The notes under the pieces: generated by a model
What the model was told of the DNA's origin: nothing
Database searches by the model: none
Seen by the model: only the letters and a program-made list of their open reading frames with translations
Part shown: positions 28,501-43,100 of the stretch, piece after piece
How the letters are laid out: every line of letters starts with the position of its first letter
Position numbering within the stretch: the first letter of the stretch is position 1
Assembly: GCA_964247055.1 (NCBI GenBank)
Contig: OZ176052.1
Location: 13,702,001 to 13,766,000, forward strand
DNA from: Paragordius varius
Lineage: Eukaryota > Animalia > Nematomorpha
Reading direction: 5' to 3'
DNA length: 64,000 nucleotides
Program-made: the position numbers and the translations under genes

Positions 28501-31150
28501 CATCACCTGATCAAATTTGGATTTTAGGTAGCCATTTTTATTTTTAAAATCGTATAAATAAATTTTTTATATATTTAAAAAATTCATAAAAATTACATTT
28601 ATAGTCCGATCCCCAAAGTATTTGGGGTGATGATGGAACTACCATAGGGCTACCCAAAAAAAATTATGGTGACATCACCTGATCAAATTTGGATTTTAGG
28701 TAGCCATTTTTATTTTTAAAATCGTATAAAATAAATTTTTTAAATATTTAAAAAATTCATAAAAATTACATTTATAGTCCGATCCCCAAAGTATTTGGGG
28801 TGATGATGGAACTACCATAGGGCTACCCAAAAAAAATTATGGCGACATCACCTGATCAAATTTGGATTTTAGGTAGCCATTTTTATTTTTAAAATCGTAT
28901 AAAATAAATTTTTTAAATATTTAAAAAATTCATAAAAATTACATTTATACTCCGATCTCGAAAATATTTGGGGTGATGATGGAACTACCATAGGGCTACC
29001 CAAAAAAATTATAGTGACATCACCTGATCAAATTTGGATTTTAGGTAGCCATTTTTATTTTTAAAATCGTATAAAATAAATTTTTTAAATAAAAAATTCA
29101 TAAAAATTACATTTATAGTCCGATCCCCAAAATATTTGGGGTGATGATGGAACTACTATAGGGCTACCCAAAAAAAATTATGGCGACATCACCTGATCAA
29201 ATTTGGATTTTAGGTAGCCATTTTTATTTTTAAAATCGTATAAAATAAATTTTTTAAATATTTAAAAAATTCATAAAAATTACATTTATAGTCCGATCCC
29301 CAAAATATTTGGGGTGATGATGGAACTACTATAGGGCTACCCAAAAAAATTATGGCGACATCACCTGATCAAATTTGGATTTTAGGTAGCCATTTTTATT
29401 TTTAAAATCGTATAAAATAAATTTTTTAAATATTTAAAAAATTCATAAAAATTACATTTATACTCCGATCTCGAAAATATTTGGGGTGATGATGGAACTA
29501 CCATAGGGCTACCCAAAAAAATTATGGTGACATCACCTGATCAAATTTGGATTTTAGGTAGCCATTTTTATTTTTAAAATCGTAAATAATAAATTTTTTA
29601 AATATTTAAAAAATTTATAAAAATTACATTTAGAGTCCGATCCCCAAAGTATTTGGGGTGATGATGGAACTACCATAGGGCTACGTAAAAAAAATTATGG
29701 CGACATCACCTGATCAAATTTGGATTTTAAGTAGCCATTTTTATTTTTAAAATCGTATAAAATAAATTTTTTAAATATTTAAAAAATTCATAAAAATTAC
29801 ATTTATAGTCCGATCCCCAAAATATTTGGGGTGATGATGGAACTACCATAGGGCTACCCAAAAAAAATTATGGTGACATCACCTGATCAAATTTGGATTT
29901 TAGGTAGCCATTTTTATTTTTAAAATCGTATAAAATAAATTTTTTAAATATTTAAAAAATTCATAAAAATTACATTTATACTCCGATCTCGAAAATATTT
30001 GGGGTGATGATGGAACTACCATAGGGCTACCCAAAACAAATTATGGTGACATCACCTGATCAAATTTGGATTTTAGGTAGCCATTTTTATTTTTAAAATC
30101 GTATAAAATAAATTTTTTAAATAAAAAATTCATAAAAATTACATTTATAGTCCGATCCCCAAAATATTTGGGGTGATGATGGAACTACTATAGGGCTACC
30201 CAAAAAAAATTATGGCGACATCACCTGATCAAATTTGGAGTTTAGGTAGCCATTTTTATTTTTAAAATCGTATAAAATAAATTTTTTAAATATTTAAAAA
30301 ATTCATAAAAATTACATTTATAGTCCGATCCCCAAAATATTTGGGGTGATGATGGAACTACTATAGGGCTACCCAAAAAAATTATGGCGACATCACCTGA
30401 TCAAATTTGGATTTTAGGTAGCCATTTTTATTTTTAAAATCGTATAAAATAAATTTTTTAAATATTTAAAAAATTCATAAAAATTACATTTATACTCCGA
30501 TCTCGAAAATATTTGGGGTGATGATGGAACTACCATAGGGCTACCCAAAAAAATTATGGTGACATCACCTGATCAAATTTGGATTTTAGGTAGCCATTTT
30601 TATTTTTAAAATCGTAAATAATAAATTTTTTAAATATTTAAAAAATTTATAAAAATTACATTTAGAGTCCGATCCCCAAAGTATTTGGGGTGATGATGGA
30701 ACTACCATAGGGCTACGTAAAAAAAATTATGGCGACATCACCTGATCAAATTTGGATTTTAAGTAGCCATTTTTATTTTTAAAATCGTATAAAATAAATT
30801 TTTTAAATATTTAAAAAATTCATAAAAATTACATTTATAGTCCGATCCCCAAAATATTTGGGGTGATGATGGAACTACCATAGGGCTACCCAAAAAAAAT
30901 TATGGTGACATCACCTGATCAAATTTGGATTTTAGGTAGCCATTTTTATTTTTAAAATCGTATAAAATAAATTTTTTAAATATTTAAAAAATTCATAAAA
31001 ATTACATTTATACTCCGATCTCGAAAATATTTGGGGTGATGATGGAACTACCATAGGGCTACCCAAAACAAATTATGGTGACATCACCTGATCAAATTTG
31101 GATTTTAGGTAGCCATTTTTATTTTTAAAATCGTATAAAATAAATTTTTT
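25600..31150. repeat. 13-mer duplication (2236 bp) followed by a 6-mer duplication (1032 bp), with an internal 3-mer repeat (518 bp)
   Basis: TTATGAAAAT (25665/27901) and the AAATAAAAAATT deletion (26851/29087) recur at +2236. The same deletion at 30119 and TTTTAAGTAGCC (29729/30761) recur at +1032. CGTAAATAAT (27345/27863) recurs at +518. Confidence 0.87.
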
Positions 31151-33599
31151 AAATATTTAAAAAATTCATAAAAATTACATTTATAGTCCGATCCCCAAAA
31201 TATTTGGGGTGATGATGGAACTACCATAGGGCTACGTAAAAAAAATTATGGCGACATCACCTGATCAAATTTGGATTTTAGGTAGCCATTTTTATTTTTA
31301 AAATCGTATAAAATAAATTTTTTAAATATTTAAAAAATTCATAAAAATTACATTTATACTCCGATCTCGAAAATATTTGGGGTGATGATGGAACTACCAT
31401 AGGGCTACCCAAAAAAATTTATGGTGACATCACCTGATCAAATTTGGATTTTAGGTAGCCATTTTTATTTTTAAAATCGTATAAAATAAATTTTTTAAAT
31501 ATTTAAAAAATTTATAAAAATTACATTTAGAGTCCGATCCCCAAAGTATTTGGGGTGATGATGGAACTACCATAGGGCTACGTAAAAAAAATTATGGCGA
31601 CATCACCTGATCAAATTTGGATTTTAGGTAGCCATTTTTATTTTTAAAATCGTATAAAATAAATTTTTTAAATATTTAAAAAATTCATAAAAATTACATT
31701 TATAGTCCGATCCCCAAAATATTTGGGGTGATGATGGAACTACCATAGGGCTACCCAAAAAAAATTATGGTGATATCACCTGATCAAATTTGGATTTTAG
31801 GTAGCCATTTTTATTTTTAAAATCGTATAAAATAAATTTTTTAAATATTAAAAATTCATAAAAATTACATTTATACTCCGATCTCGAAAATATTTGGGGT
31901 GATGATGGAACTACCATAGGGCTACCCAAAACAAATTATGGTGACATCACCTGATCAAATTTGGATTTTAGGTAGCCATTTTTATTTTTAAAATCGTATA
32001 AAATAAATTTTTTAAATATTTAAAAAATTCATAAAAATTACATTTATAGTCCGATCCCCAAAATATTTGGGGTGATGATGGAACTACCATAGGGCTACCC
32101 AAAAAAATTATAGTGACATCACCTGATCAAATTTGGATTTTAGGTAGCCATTTTTATTTTTAAAATCGTATAAATAAATTTTTTAAATATTTAAAAAATT
32201 CATAAAAATTACATTTATAGTCCGATCCCCAAAGTATTTGGGGTGATGATGGAACTACCATAGGGCTACCCAAAAAAAATTATGGTGACATCACCTGATC
32301 AAATTTGGATTTTAGGTAGCCATTTTTATTTTTAAAATCGTATAAAATAAATTTTTTAAATATTTAAAAAATTCATAAAAATTACATTTATAGTCCGATC
32401 CCCAAAGTATTTGGGGTGATGATGGAACAACCATACGGCTACCCAAAACAAATTATGGTGACATCACCTGATCAAATTTGGATTTTAGGTAGCCATTTTT
32501 ATTTTTAAAATCGTTTAAATAAATTTTTTAAATATTTAAAAAATTCATAAAAATTACATTTATACTCCGATCTCGAAAATATTTGGGGTGATGATGGAAC
32601 TACCATAGGGCTACCCAAAAAAATTATAGTGACATCACCTGATCAAATTTGGATTTTAGGTAGCCATTTTTATTTTTAAAATCGTATAAATAAATTTTTT
32701 AAATATTTAAAAAATTCATAAAAATTACATTTATAGTCCGATCCCCAAAGTATTTGGGGTGATGATGGAACTACCATAGGGCTACCCAAAAAAAATTATG
32801 GCGACATCACCTGATCAAATTTGGATTTTAGGTAGCCATTTTTATTTTTAAAATCGTATAAAATAAATTTTTTAAATATTTAAAAAATTCATAAAAATTA
32901 CATTTATACTCCGATCTCGAAAATATTTGGGGTGATGATGGAACTACCATAGGGCTACCCAAAAAAAATTATGGCGACATCACCTGATCAAATTTGGATT
33001 TTAGGTAGCCATTTTTATTTTTAAAATCGTATAAAATAAATTTTTTAAATATTTAAAAAATTCATAAAAATTACATTTATACTCCCATCTCGAAAATATT
33101 TGGGGTGATGATGGAACTACCATAGAGCTACCCCAAAAAAATTATAGTGACATCACCTGATCAAATTTGGATTTTAGGTAGCCATTTTTATTTTTAAAAT
33201 CGTATAAAATAAATTTTTTAAATATTTAAAAAATTCATAAAAATTACATTTATAGTCCGATCCCCAAAATATTTGGGGTGATGATGGAACTACCATAGGG
33301 CTACCCAAAAAAAATTATGGCGACATCACCTGATCAAATTTGGATTTTAGGTAGCCATTTTTATTTTTAAAATCGTATAAAATAAATTTTTTAAATATTT
33401 AAAAAATTCATAAAAATTACATTTATAGCCCGATCCCCAAAGTATTCGGGGTGATGATGGAACTACCATAGGGCTACCCAAAAAAAATTATGGCGACATC
33501 ACCTGATCAAATTTGGATTTTAGGTAGCCATTTTTATTTTTAAAATCGTTTAAAATAAATTTTTTAAATATTTAAAAAATTCATAAAAATTACATTTAT

Positions 33600-36500
33600 A
33601 CTCCCATCTCGAAAATATTTGGGGTGATGATGGAACTACCATAGAGCTACCCCAAAAAAATTATAGTGACATCACCTGATCAAATTTGGATTTTAGGTAG
33701 CCATTTTTATTTTTAAAATCGTATAAAATAAATTTTTTAAATATTTAAAAAATTCATAAAAATTACATTTATAGTCCGATCCCCAAAATATTTGGGGTGA
33801 TGATGGAACTACCATAGGGCTACGCAAATAAAATTATGGTGACATCACCTGATCAAATTTGGATTTTAGGTAGCCATTTTTATTTTTAAAATCGTATAAA
33901 ATAAATTTTTTAAATATTCATAAAAATTACATTTATAGTCCGATCCCCAAAATATTTGTGGTGATGATGGAACTACCATAGGGCTACGCAAAAAAAATTA
34001 TGGCGACATCATTTGATCAAATTTGGATTTTAGGTAGCCATTTTTATTTTTAAAATCGTATAAAATAAATTTTTTAAATATTTAAAAAATTCATAAAAAT
34101 TACATTTATACTCCGATCTCGAAAATATTTGGGGTGATGATGGAACTACCATAGGGCTACCCAAAAAAAATTATGGTGACATCACCTGATCAAATTTGGA
34201 TTTTAGGTAGCCATTTTTATTTTTAAAATCTTATAAAATAAATTTTTTAAATATTTAAAAAATTCATAAAAATTACATTTATAGTCCGATCCCCAAAATA
34301 TTTGGGGTGATGATGGAACTACCATAGGGCTACCCAAAAATAATTATGGCGACATCACCTGATCAAATTTGGATTTTAGGTCATTTTTATTTTTAAAATC
34401 GTATAAAATAAATTTTTTAAATATTTAAAAAATTCATAAAAATTACATTTATAGTCCGATCCCCAAAGTATTTGGGGTGATGATGGAACTACCATAGGGC
34501 TACCCAAAAAAAATTATGGCGACATCACCTGATCAAATTTGGATTTTAGGTAGCCATTTTTATTTTTCAAATCGTATAAAATAAATTTTTTAAATATTCA
34601 TAAAAATTACATTTATACTCCGATCTCGAAAATATTTGGGGTGATGATGGAACTACCATAGGGCTACCCAAAAAAATTATAGTGACATCACCTGATCAAA
34701 TTTGGATTTTAGGTAGCCATTTTTATTTTTAAAATCGTATAAAATAAATTTTTTAAATATTTAAAAAATTCATAAAAATTACATTTATAGTCCGATCCCC
34801 AAAATATTTGGGGTGATGATGGAACTACTATTGGGCTACCCAAAAAAAATTATGGCGCCATCACCTGATCAAATTTGGATTTTAGGTAGCCATTTTTATT
34901 TTTAAAATCGTATAAAATAAATTTTTTAAATATTTAAAAAATTCATAAAAATTACATTTATAGTCCGATCCCCAAAATATTTGGGGTGATGATGGAACTA
35001 CTATAGGGCTACCCAAAAAAAATTATGGCGACATCACCTGATCAAATTTGGATTTTAGGTAGCCATTTTTATTTTTGAAATCGTATAAAATAAATTTTTT
35101 AAATATTTAAAAAATTCATAAAAATTACATTTATAGTCCGATCCCCAAAGTATTCGGGGTGATGATGGAACTACCATAGGGCTACCCAAAAAAAATTATG
35201 GCGACATCACCTGATCAAATTTGGATTTTAGGTAGCCATTTTTATTTTTAAAATCGTTTAAAATAAATTTTTTAAATATTTAAAAAATTCATAAAAATTA
35301 CATTTATACTCCCATCTCGAAAATATTTGGGGTGATGATGGAACTACCATAGAGCTACCCCAAAAAAATTATAGTGACATCACCTGATCAAATTTGGATT
35401 TTAGGTAGCCATTTTTATTTTTAAAATCGTATAAAATAAATTTTTTAAATATTTAAAAAATTCATAAAAATTACATTTATAGTCCGATCCCCAAAATATT
35501 TGGGGTGATGATGGAACTACCATAGGGCTACCCAAAAAAAATTATGGCGACATCACCTGATCAAATTTGGATTTTAGGTAGCCATTTTTATTTTTAAAAT
35601 CGTATAAAATAAATTTTTTAAATATTTAAAAAATTCATAAAAATTACATTTATACTCCGATCTCGAAAATATTTGGGGTGATGATGGAACTACCATAGGG
35701 CTACCCAAAAAAAATTATGGTGACATCACCTGATCAAATTTGGATTTTAGGTCATTTTTATTTTTAAAATCGTATAAAATAAATTTTTTAAATATTTAAA
35801 AAATTCATAAAAATTACATTTATAGTCCGATCCCCAAAGTATTTGGGGTGATGACGGAACTACCATAGGGCTACCCAAAAAAAATTATGGCGACATCACC
35901 TGATCAAATTTGGATTTTAGGTAGCCATTTTTATTTTTAAAATCGTATAAAATAAATTTTTTAAATATTTAAAAAATTCATAAAAATTACATTTATACTC
36001 CGATCTCGAAAATATTTGGGGTGATGATGGAACTACCAATGCCCTACCCAAAAAAATTATAGTGACATCACCTGATCAAATTTGGATTTTAGGTAGCCAT
36101 TTTTATTTTTAAAATCGTATAAAATAAATTTTTTAAATATTTAAAAAATTCATAAAAATTACATTTATAGTCCGATCCCCAAAATATTTGGGGTGATGAT
36201 GGAACTACTCTAGGGCTACCCAAAAAAAATTATGGCGACATCACCTGATCAAATTTGGATTTTAGGTAGCCATTTTTATTTTTAAAATCGTATAAAATAA
36301 ATTTTTTAAATATTTAAAAAATTCATAAAAATTACATTTATAGTCCGATCCCCAAAGTATTCGGGGTGATGATGGAACTACCATAGGGCTACCCAAAAAA
36401 AATTATGGCGACATCACCTGATCAAATTTGGATTTTAGGTAGCCATTTTTATTTTTAAAATCGTTTAAAATAAATTTTTTAAATATTTAAAAAATTCATA

Positions 36501-38000
36501 AAAATTACATTTATACTCCCATCTCGAAAATATTTGGGGTGATGATGGAACTACCATAGAGCTACCCCAAAAAAATTATAGTGACATCACCTGATCAAAT
36601 TTGGATTTTAGGTAGCCATTTTTATTTTTAAAATCGTATAAAATAAATTTTTTAAATATTTAAAAAATTCATAAAAATTACATTTATAGTCCGATCCCCA
36701 AAATATTTGAAGTGATGATGGAACTACCATAGGGCTACCCAAAAAAAATTATGGCGACATCACCTGATCAAATTTGGATTTTAGGTAGCCATTTTTATTT
36801 TTAAAATCGTATAAAATAAATTTTTTAAATATTTAAAAAATTCATAAAAATTACATTTATAGTCCGATCCCCAAAATATTTGGGGTGATGATGGAACTAC
36901 CATAGGGCTACGCAAATAAAATTATGGTGACATCACCTGATCAAATTTGGATTTTAGGTAGCCATTTTTATTTTTAAAATCGTGTAAAATAAATTTTTTA
37001 AATATTCATAAAAATTACATTTATAGTCCGATCCCCAAAATATTTGTGGTGATGATGGAACTACCATAGGGCTACGCAAAAAAAATTATGGCGACATCAT
37101 TTGATCAAATTTGGATTTTAGGTAGCCATTTTTATTTTTAAAATCGGATAAAATAAATTTTTTAAATATTTAAAAAATTCATAAAAATTACATTTATACT
37201 CCGATCTCGAAAATATTTGGGGTGATGATGGAACTACCATAGGGCTACCCAAAAAAATTATAGTGACATGACCTGATCAAATTTGGATTTTAGGTAGCCA
37301 TTTTTATTTTTAAAATCGTATAAAATAAATTTTTTAAATATTTAAAAAATTCATAAAAATTACATTTATAGTCCGATCCCCAAAATATTTGGGGTGATGA
37401 TGGAACTACCATAGGGCTACCCAAAAATAATTATGGCGACATCACCTGATCAAATTTGGATTTTAGGTCATTTTTATTTTTAAAATCGTATAAAATAAAT
37501 TTTTTAAATATTTAAAAAATTCATAAAAATTACATTTATAGTCCGATCCCCAAAGTATTTGGGGTGATGATGGAACTACCATAGGGCTACCCAAAAAAAA
37601 TTATGGCGACATCACCTGATCAAATTTGGATTTTAGGTAGCCATTTTTATTTTTAAAATCGTATAAAATAAATTTTTTAAATATTTAAAAAATTCATAAA
37701 AATTACATTTATACTCCGATCTCGAAAATATTTGGGGTGATGATGGAACTACCATAGGGCTACCCAAAAAAATTATAGTGACATCACCTGATCAAATTTG
37801 GATTTTAGGTAGCCATTTTTATTTTTAAAATCGTATAAAATAAATTTTTTAAATATTTAAAAAATTCATAAAAATTACATTTATAGTCCGATCCCCAAAG
37901 TATTCGGGGTGATGATGGAACTACCATAGGGCTACCCAAAAAAAATTATGGCGACATCACCTGATCAAATTTGGATTTTTGGTAGCCATTTTTATTTTTA
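33600..38000. repeat. ~18-mer duplication (~3088 bp offset)
   Basis: TACGCAAATAAA (33821/36909) and the TTAGGTCAT deletion (34381/37468) recur at about +3088. The AAATATTCAT deletion and CATCATTTGATC are also shared. Confidence 0.8.
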
Positions 38001-41000
38001 AAATCGTATAAAATAAATTTTTTAAATATTTAAAAAATTCAAAAAAATTACATTTATACTCCGATCTCGACAATATTTGGGGTGATGATGGAACTATCAT
38101 AGGGCTACCCAAAAAAAATTATGGTGACATCACCTGATCAAATTTGGATTTTAGGTAGCCATTTTTATTTTTAAAATCGTATAAAATAAATTTTTTAAAT
38201 ATTTAAAAAAATCATAAAAATTACATTTATACTCCGATCTCGAAAATATTTGGGGTGATGATGGAACTACCATAGGGCTAATTATAGTGACATCACCTGA
38301 TCAAATTTGGATTTTAGGTAGCCATTTTTATTTTTAAAATCGTATAAAATAAATTTTTTAAATATTTAAAAAATTCATAAAAATTACATTTATACTCCGA
38401 TCTCGAAAATATTTGGGGTGATGATGGAACTACCATAGGGCTAATTATAGTGACATCACCTGATCAAATTTGGATTTTAGGTAGCCATTTTTATTTTTAA
38501 AATCGTAAAAATAAATTTTTTAAATATTTAAAAAATTCATAAAAATTACATTTATAGTCCGATCCCCAAAATATTTGGGGTGAGATGGAACTACCATAGG
38601 GCTACCCAAAAAAAATTATGGCGACATCACCTGATCAAATTTGGATTTTAGGTAGCCATTTTTATTTTTAAAATCGTATAAAATAAATTTTTTAAATATT
38701 TAAAAAATTCATAAAAATTACATTTATAGTCCGATCCCTAAAGTATTCAGGGTGATGATGGAACTACCATAGGGCTACCCAAAAAAAATTATGGCGACAT
38801 CACCTGATCAAATTTGGATTTTAGGTAGCCATTTTTATTTTTAAAATCGTATAAAATAAATTTTTTAAATATTTAAAAAATTCAAAAAATTACATTTATA
38901 CTCCGATCTCGACAATATTTGGGGTGATGATGGAACTACCATAGGGCTACCCAAAAAAATTATAGTGACATCACCTGATCAAATTTGGATTTTAGGTAGC
39001 CATTTTTATTTTTAAAATCGTATAAAATAAATTTTTTAAATATTTAAAAAATTCATAAAAATTACATTTATACTCCGATCTCGAAAATATTTGGGGTGAT
39101 GATGGAACTACCATAGGGCTACCCAAAAATAATTATGGCGACATCACCTGATCAAATTTGTTTAGGTCATTTTTATTTTTAAAATCGTATAAAATAAATT
39201 TTTTAAATATTTAAAAAATTCATAAAAATTACATTTATAGTCCGATCCCCAAAGTATTTGGGGTGATGATGGAACTACCATAGGGCTACCCAAAAAAAAT
39301 TATGGCGACATCACCTGATCAAATTTGGATTTTAGGTAGCCATTTTTATTTTTAAAATCGTATAAAATAAATTTTTTAAATATTTAAAAAATTCATAAAA
39401 ATTACATTTATACTCCGATCTCGAAAATATTTGGGGTGATGATGGAACTACCATAGGGCTACCCAAAAAAATTATAGTGACATCACCTGATCAAATTTGG
39501 ATTTTAGGTAGCCATTTTTATTTTTAAAATCGTATAAAATAAATTTTTTAAATATTTAAAAAATTCATAAAAATTACATTTATAGTCCGATCCCCAAAAT
39601 ATTTGGGGTGATGATGGAACTATTATAGGGCTACCCAAAAAAAATTATGGCGACATCACCTGATCAAATTTGGATTTTAGGTAGCCATTTTTATTTTTAA
39701 AATCGTATAAAATAAATTTTTTAAATATTTAAAAAATTCATAAAAATTACATTTATAGTCCGATCCCCAAAATATTTGGGGTGATGATGGAACTACTATA
39801 GGGCTACCCAAAAAAAATTATGGCGACATCACCTGATCAAATTTGGATTTTAGGTAGCCATTTTTATTTTTAAAATCGTATAAAATAAATTTTTTAAATA
39901 TTTAAAAAATTCATAAAAATTACATTTATAGTCCGATCCCCAAAGTATTCGGGGTGATGATGGAACTACCATAGGGCTACCCAAAAAAAATTATGGCGAC
40001 ATCACCTGATCAAATTTGGATTTTTGGTAGCCATTTTTATTTTTAAAATCGTATAAAATAAATTTTTTAAATATTTAAAAAATTCAAAAAAATTACATTT
40101 ATACTCCGATCTCGACAATATTTGGGGTGATGATGGAACTATCATAGGGCTACCCAAAAAAAATTATGGTGACATCACCTGATCAAATTTGGATTATAGG
40201 TAGCCATTTTTATTTTTAAAATCGTATAAAATAAATTTTTTAAATATTTAAAAAAATCATAAAAATTACATTTATACTCCGATCTCGAAAATATTTGGGG
40301 TGATGATGGAACTACCATAGGGCTAATTATAGTGACATCACCTGATCAAATTTGGATTTTAGGTAGCCATTTTTATTTTTAAAATCGTATAAAATAAATT
40401 TTTTAAATATTTAAAAAATTCATAAAAATTACATTTATACTCCGATCTCGAAAATATTTGGGGTGATGATGGAACTACCATAGGGCTAATTATAGTGACA
40501 TCACCTGATCAAATTTGGATTTTAGGTAGCCATTTTTATTTTTAAAATCGTAAAAATAAATTTTTTATATATTTAAAAAATTCATAAAAATTACATTTAT
40601 AGTCCGATCCCCAAAATATTTGGGGTGAGATGGAACTACCATAGGGCTACCCAAAAAAAATTATGGCGACATCACCTGATCAAATTTGGATTTTAGGTAG
40701 CCATTTTTATTTTTAAAATCGTATAAAATAAATTTTTTAAATATTTAAAAAATTCATAAAAATTACATTTATAGTCCGATCCCTAAAGTATTCAGGGTGA
40801 TGATGGAACTACCATAGGGCTACCCAAAAAAAATTATGGCGACATCACCTGATCAAATTTGGATTTTAGGTAGCCATTTTTATTTTTAAAATCGTATAAA
40901 ATAAATTTTTTAAATATTTAAAAAATTCAAAAAATTACATTTATACTCCGATCTCGACAATATTTGGGGTGATGATGGAACTACCATAGGGCTACCCAAA

Positions 41001-43100
41001 AAAATTATAGTGACATCACCTGATCAAATTTGGATTTTAGGTAGCCATTTTTATTTTTAAAATCGTATAAAATAAATTTTTTAAATATTTAAAAAATTCA
41101 TAAAAATTACATTTATACTCCGATCTCGAAAATATTTGGGGTGATGATGGAACTACCATAGGGCTACCCAAAAAAAATTATGGTGACATCACCTGATCAA
41201 ATTTGGATTTTAGGTAGCCATTTTAATTTTTAATATCGTATAAAATAAATTTTTTAAATATTTAAAAAATTCATAAAAATTACATTTATACTCCGATCTT
41301 GAAAATATTTGGGGTGATGATGGAACTACTATAGGGCTACCCAAAAAAAATTATAACGACATCACCTGATCAAATTTGGATTTTAGGTAGCCATTTTTAT
41401 TTTTAAAATCGTATAAAATAAATTTTTTAAATATTTAAAAAATTCATAAAAATTACATTTATAGTCCGATCCCCAAAGTATTCGGGGTGATGATGGAACT
41501 ACCATAGGGCTACCCAAAAAAAATTATGGCGACATCACCTGATCAAATTTGGATTTTAGGTAGCCATTTTTATTTTTAAAATCGTTTAAAATAAATTTTT
41601 TAAATATTTAAAAAATTCATAAAAATTACATTTATACTCCGATCTCGAAAATATTTGGGGTGATGATCGAACTACCATAGAGCTACCCCAAAAAAATTAT
41701 AGTGACATCACCTGATCAAATTTGGATTTTAGGTAGCCATTTTTATTTTTAAAATCGTATAAAATAAATTTTTTAAATATTTAAAAAATTCATAAAAATT
41801 ACATTTATAGTCCGATCCCCAAAATATTTGGGGTGATGATGGAACTACCATAGGGCTACTCAAAAAAAATTATGGCGACATCACCTGATCAAATTTGGAT
41901 TTTAGGTAGCCATTTTTATTTTTAAAATCGTATAAAATAAATTTTTTAAATATTTAAAAAATTCATAAAAATTACATTTATAGTCCGATCCCCAAAATAT
42001 TTGGGGTGATGATGGAACTACCATAGGGCTACGCAAAAAAATTATGGTGACATCACCTGATCAAATTTGGATTTTTGGTAGCCATTTTTATTTTTAAAAT
42101 CGTATAAAATAAATTTTTTAAATATTTAAAAAATTCAAAAAAATTACATTTATACTCCGATCTCGACAATATTTGGGGTGATGATGGAACTATCATAGGG
42201 CTACCCAAAAAAAATTATGGTGACATCACCTGATCAAATTTGGATTTTAGGTAGCCATTTTTATTTTTAAAATCGTATAAAATAAATTTTTTAAATATTT
42301 AAAAAAATCATAAAAATTACATTTATACTCCGATCTCGAAAATATTTGGGGTGATGATGGAACTACCATAGGGCTAATTATAGTGACATCACCTGATCAA
42401 ATTTGGATTTTAGGTAGCCATTTTTATTTTTAAAATCGTATAAAATAAATTTTTTAAATATTTAAAAAATTCATAAAAAATACATTTATACTCCGATCTC
42501 GAAAATATTTGGGGTGATGATGGAACTACCATAGGGCTAACTATAGTGACATCACCTGATCAAATTTGGATTTTAGGTAGCCATTTTTATTTTTAAAATC
42601 GTAAAAATAAATTTTTTAAATATTTAAAAAATTCATAAAAATTACATTTATAGTCCGATCCCCAAAATATTTGGGGTGAGATGGAACTACCATAGGGCTA
42701 ACCAAAAAAAATTATGGCGACATCACCTGATCAAATTTGGATTTTAGGTAGCCATTTTTATTTTTAAAATCGTATAAAATAAATTTTTTAAATATTTAAA
42801 AAATTCATAAAAATTACATTTATAGTCCGATCCCTAAAGTATTCAGGGTGATGATGGAACTACCATAGGGCTACCCAAAAAAAATTATGGCGACATCACC
42901 TGATCAAATTTGGATTTTAGGTAGCCATTTTTATTTTTAAAATCGTATAAAATAAATTTTTTAAATATTTAAAAAATTTAAAAAATTACATTTATACTCC
43001 GATCTCGACAATATTTGGGGTGATGATGGAACTACCATAGGGCTACCCAAAAAAATTATAGTGACATCACCTGATCAAATTTGGATTTTAGGTAGCCATT
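37900..43100. repeat. 12-mer higher-order unit present about 2.5-3 times (offsets 2045 and 2051 bp)
   Basis: Paired GGGCTAATTATAG deletion monomers occur at 38275, 40320 and 42371. GGATTTTTGGTAG occurs at 37981, 40026 and 42077. GGTGAGATGG and CCCTAAAGTATTCAGGG recur in each copy. Confidence 0.9.
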
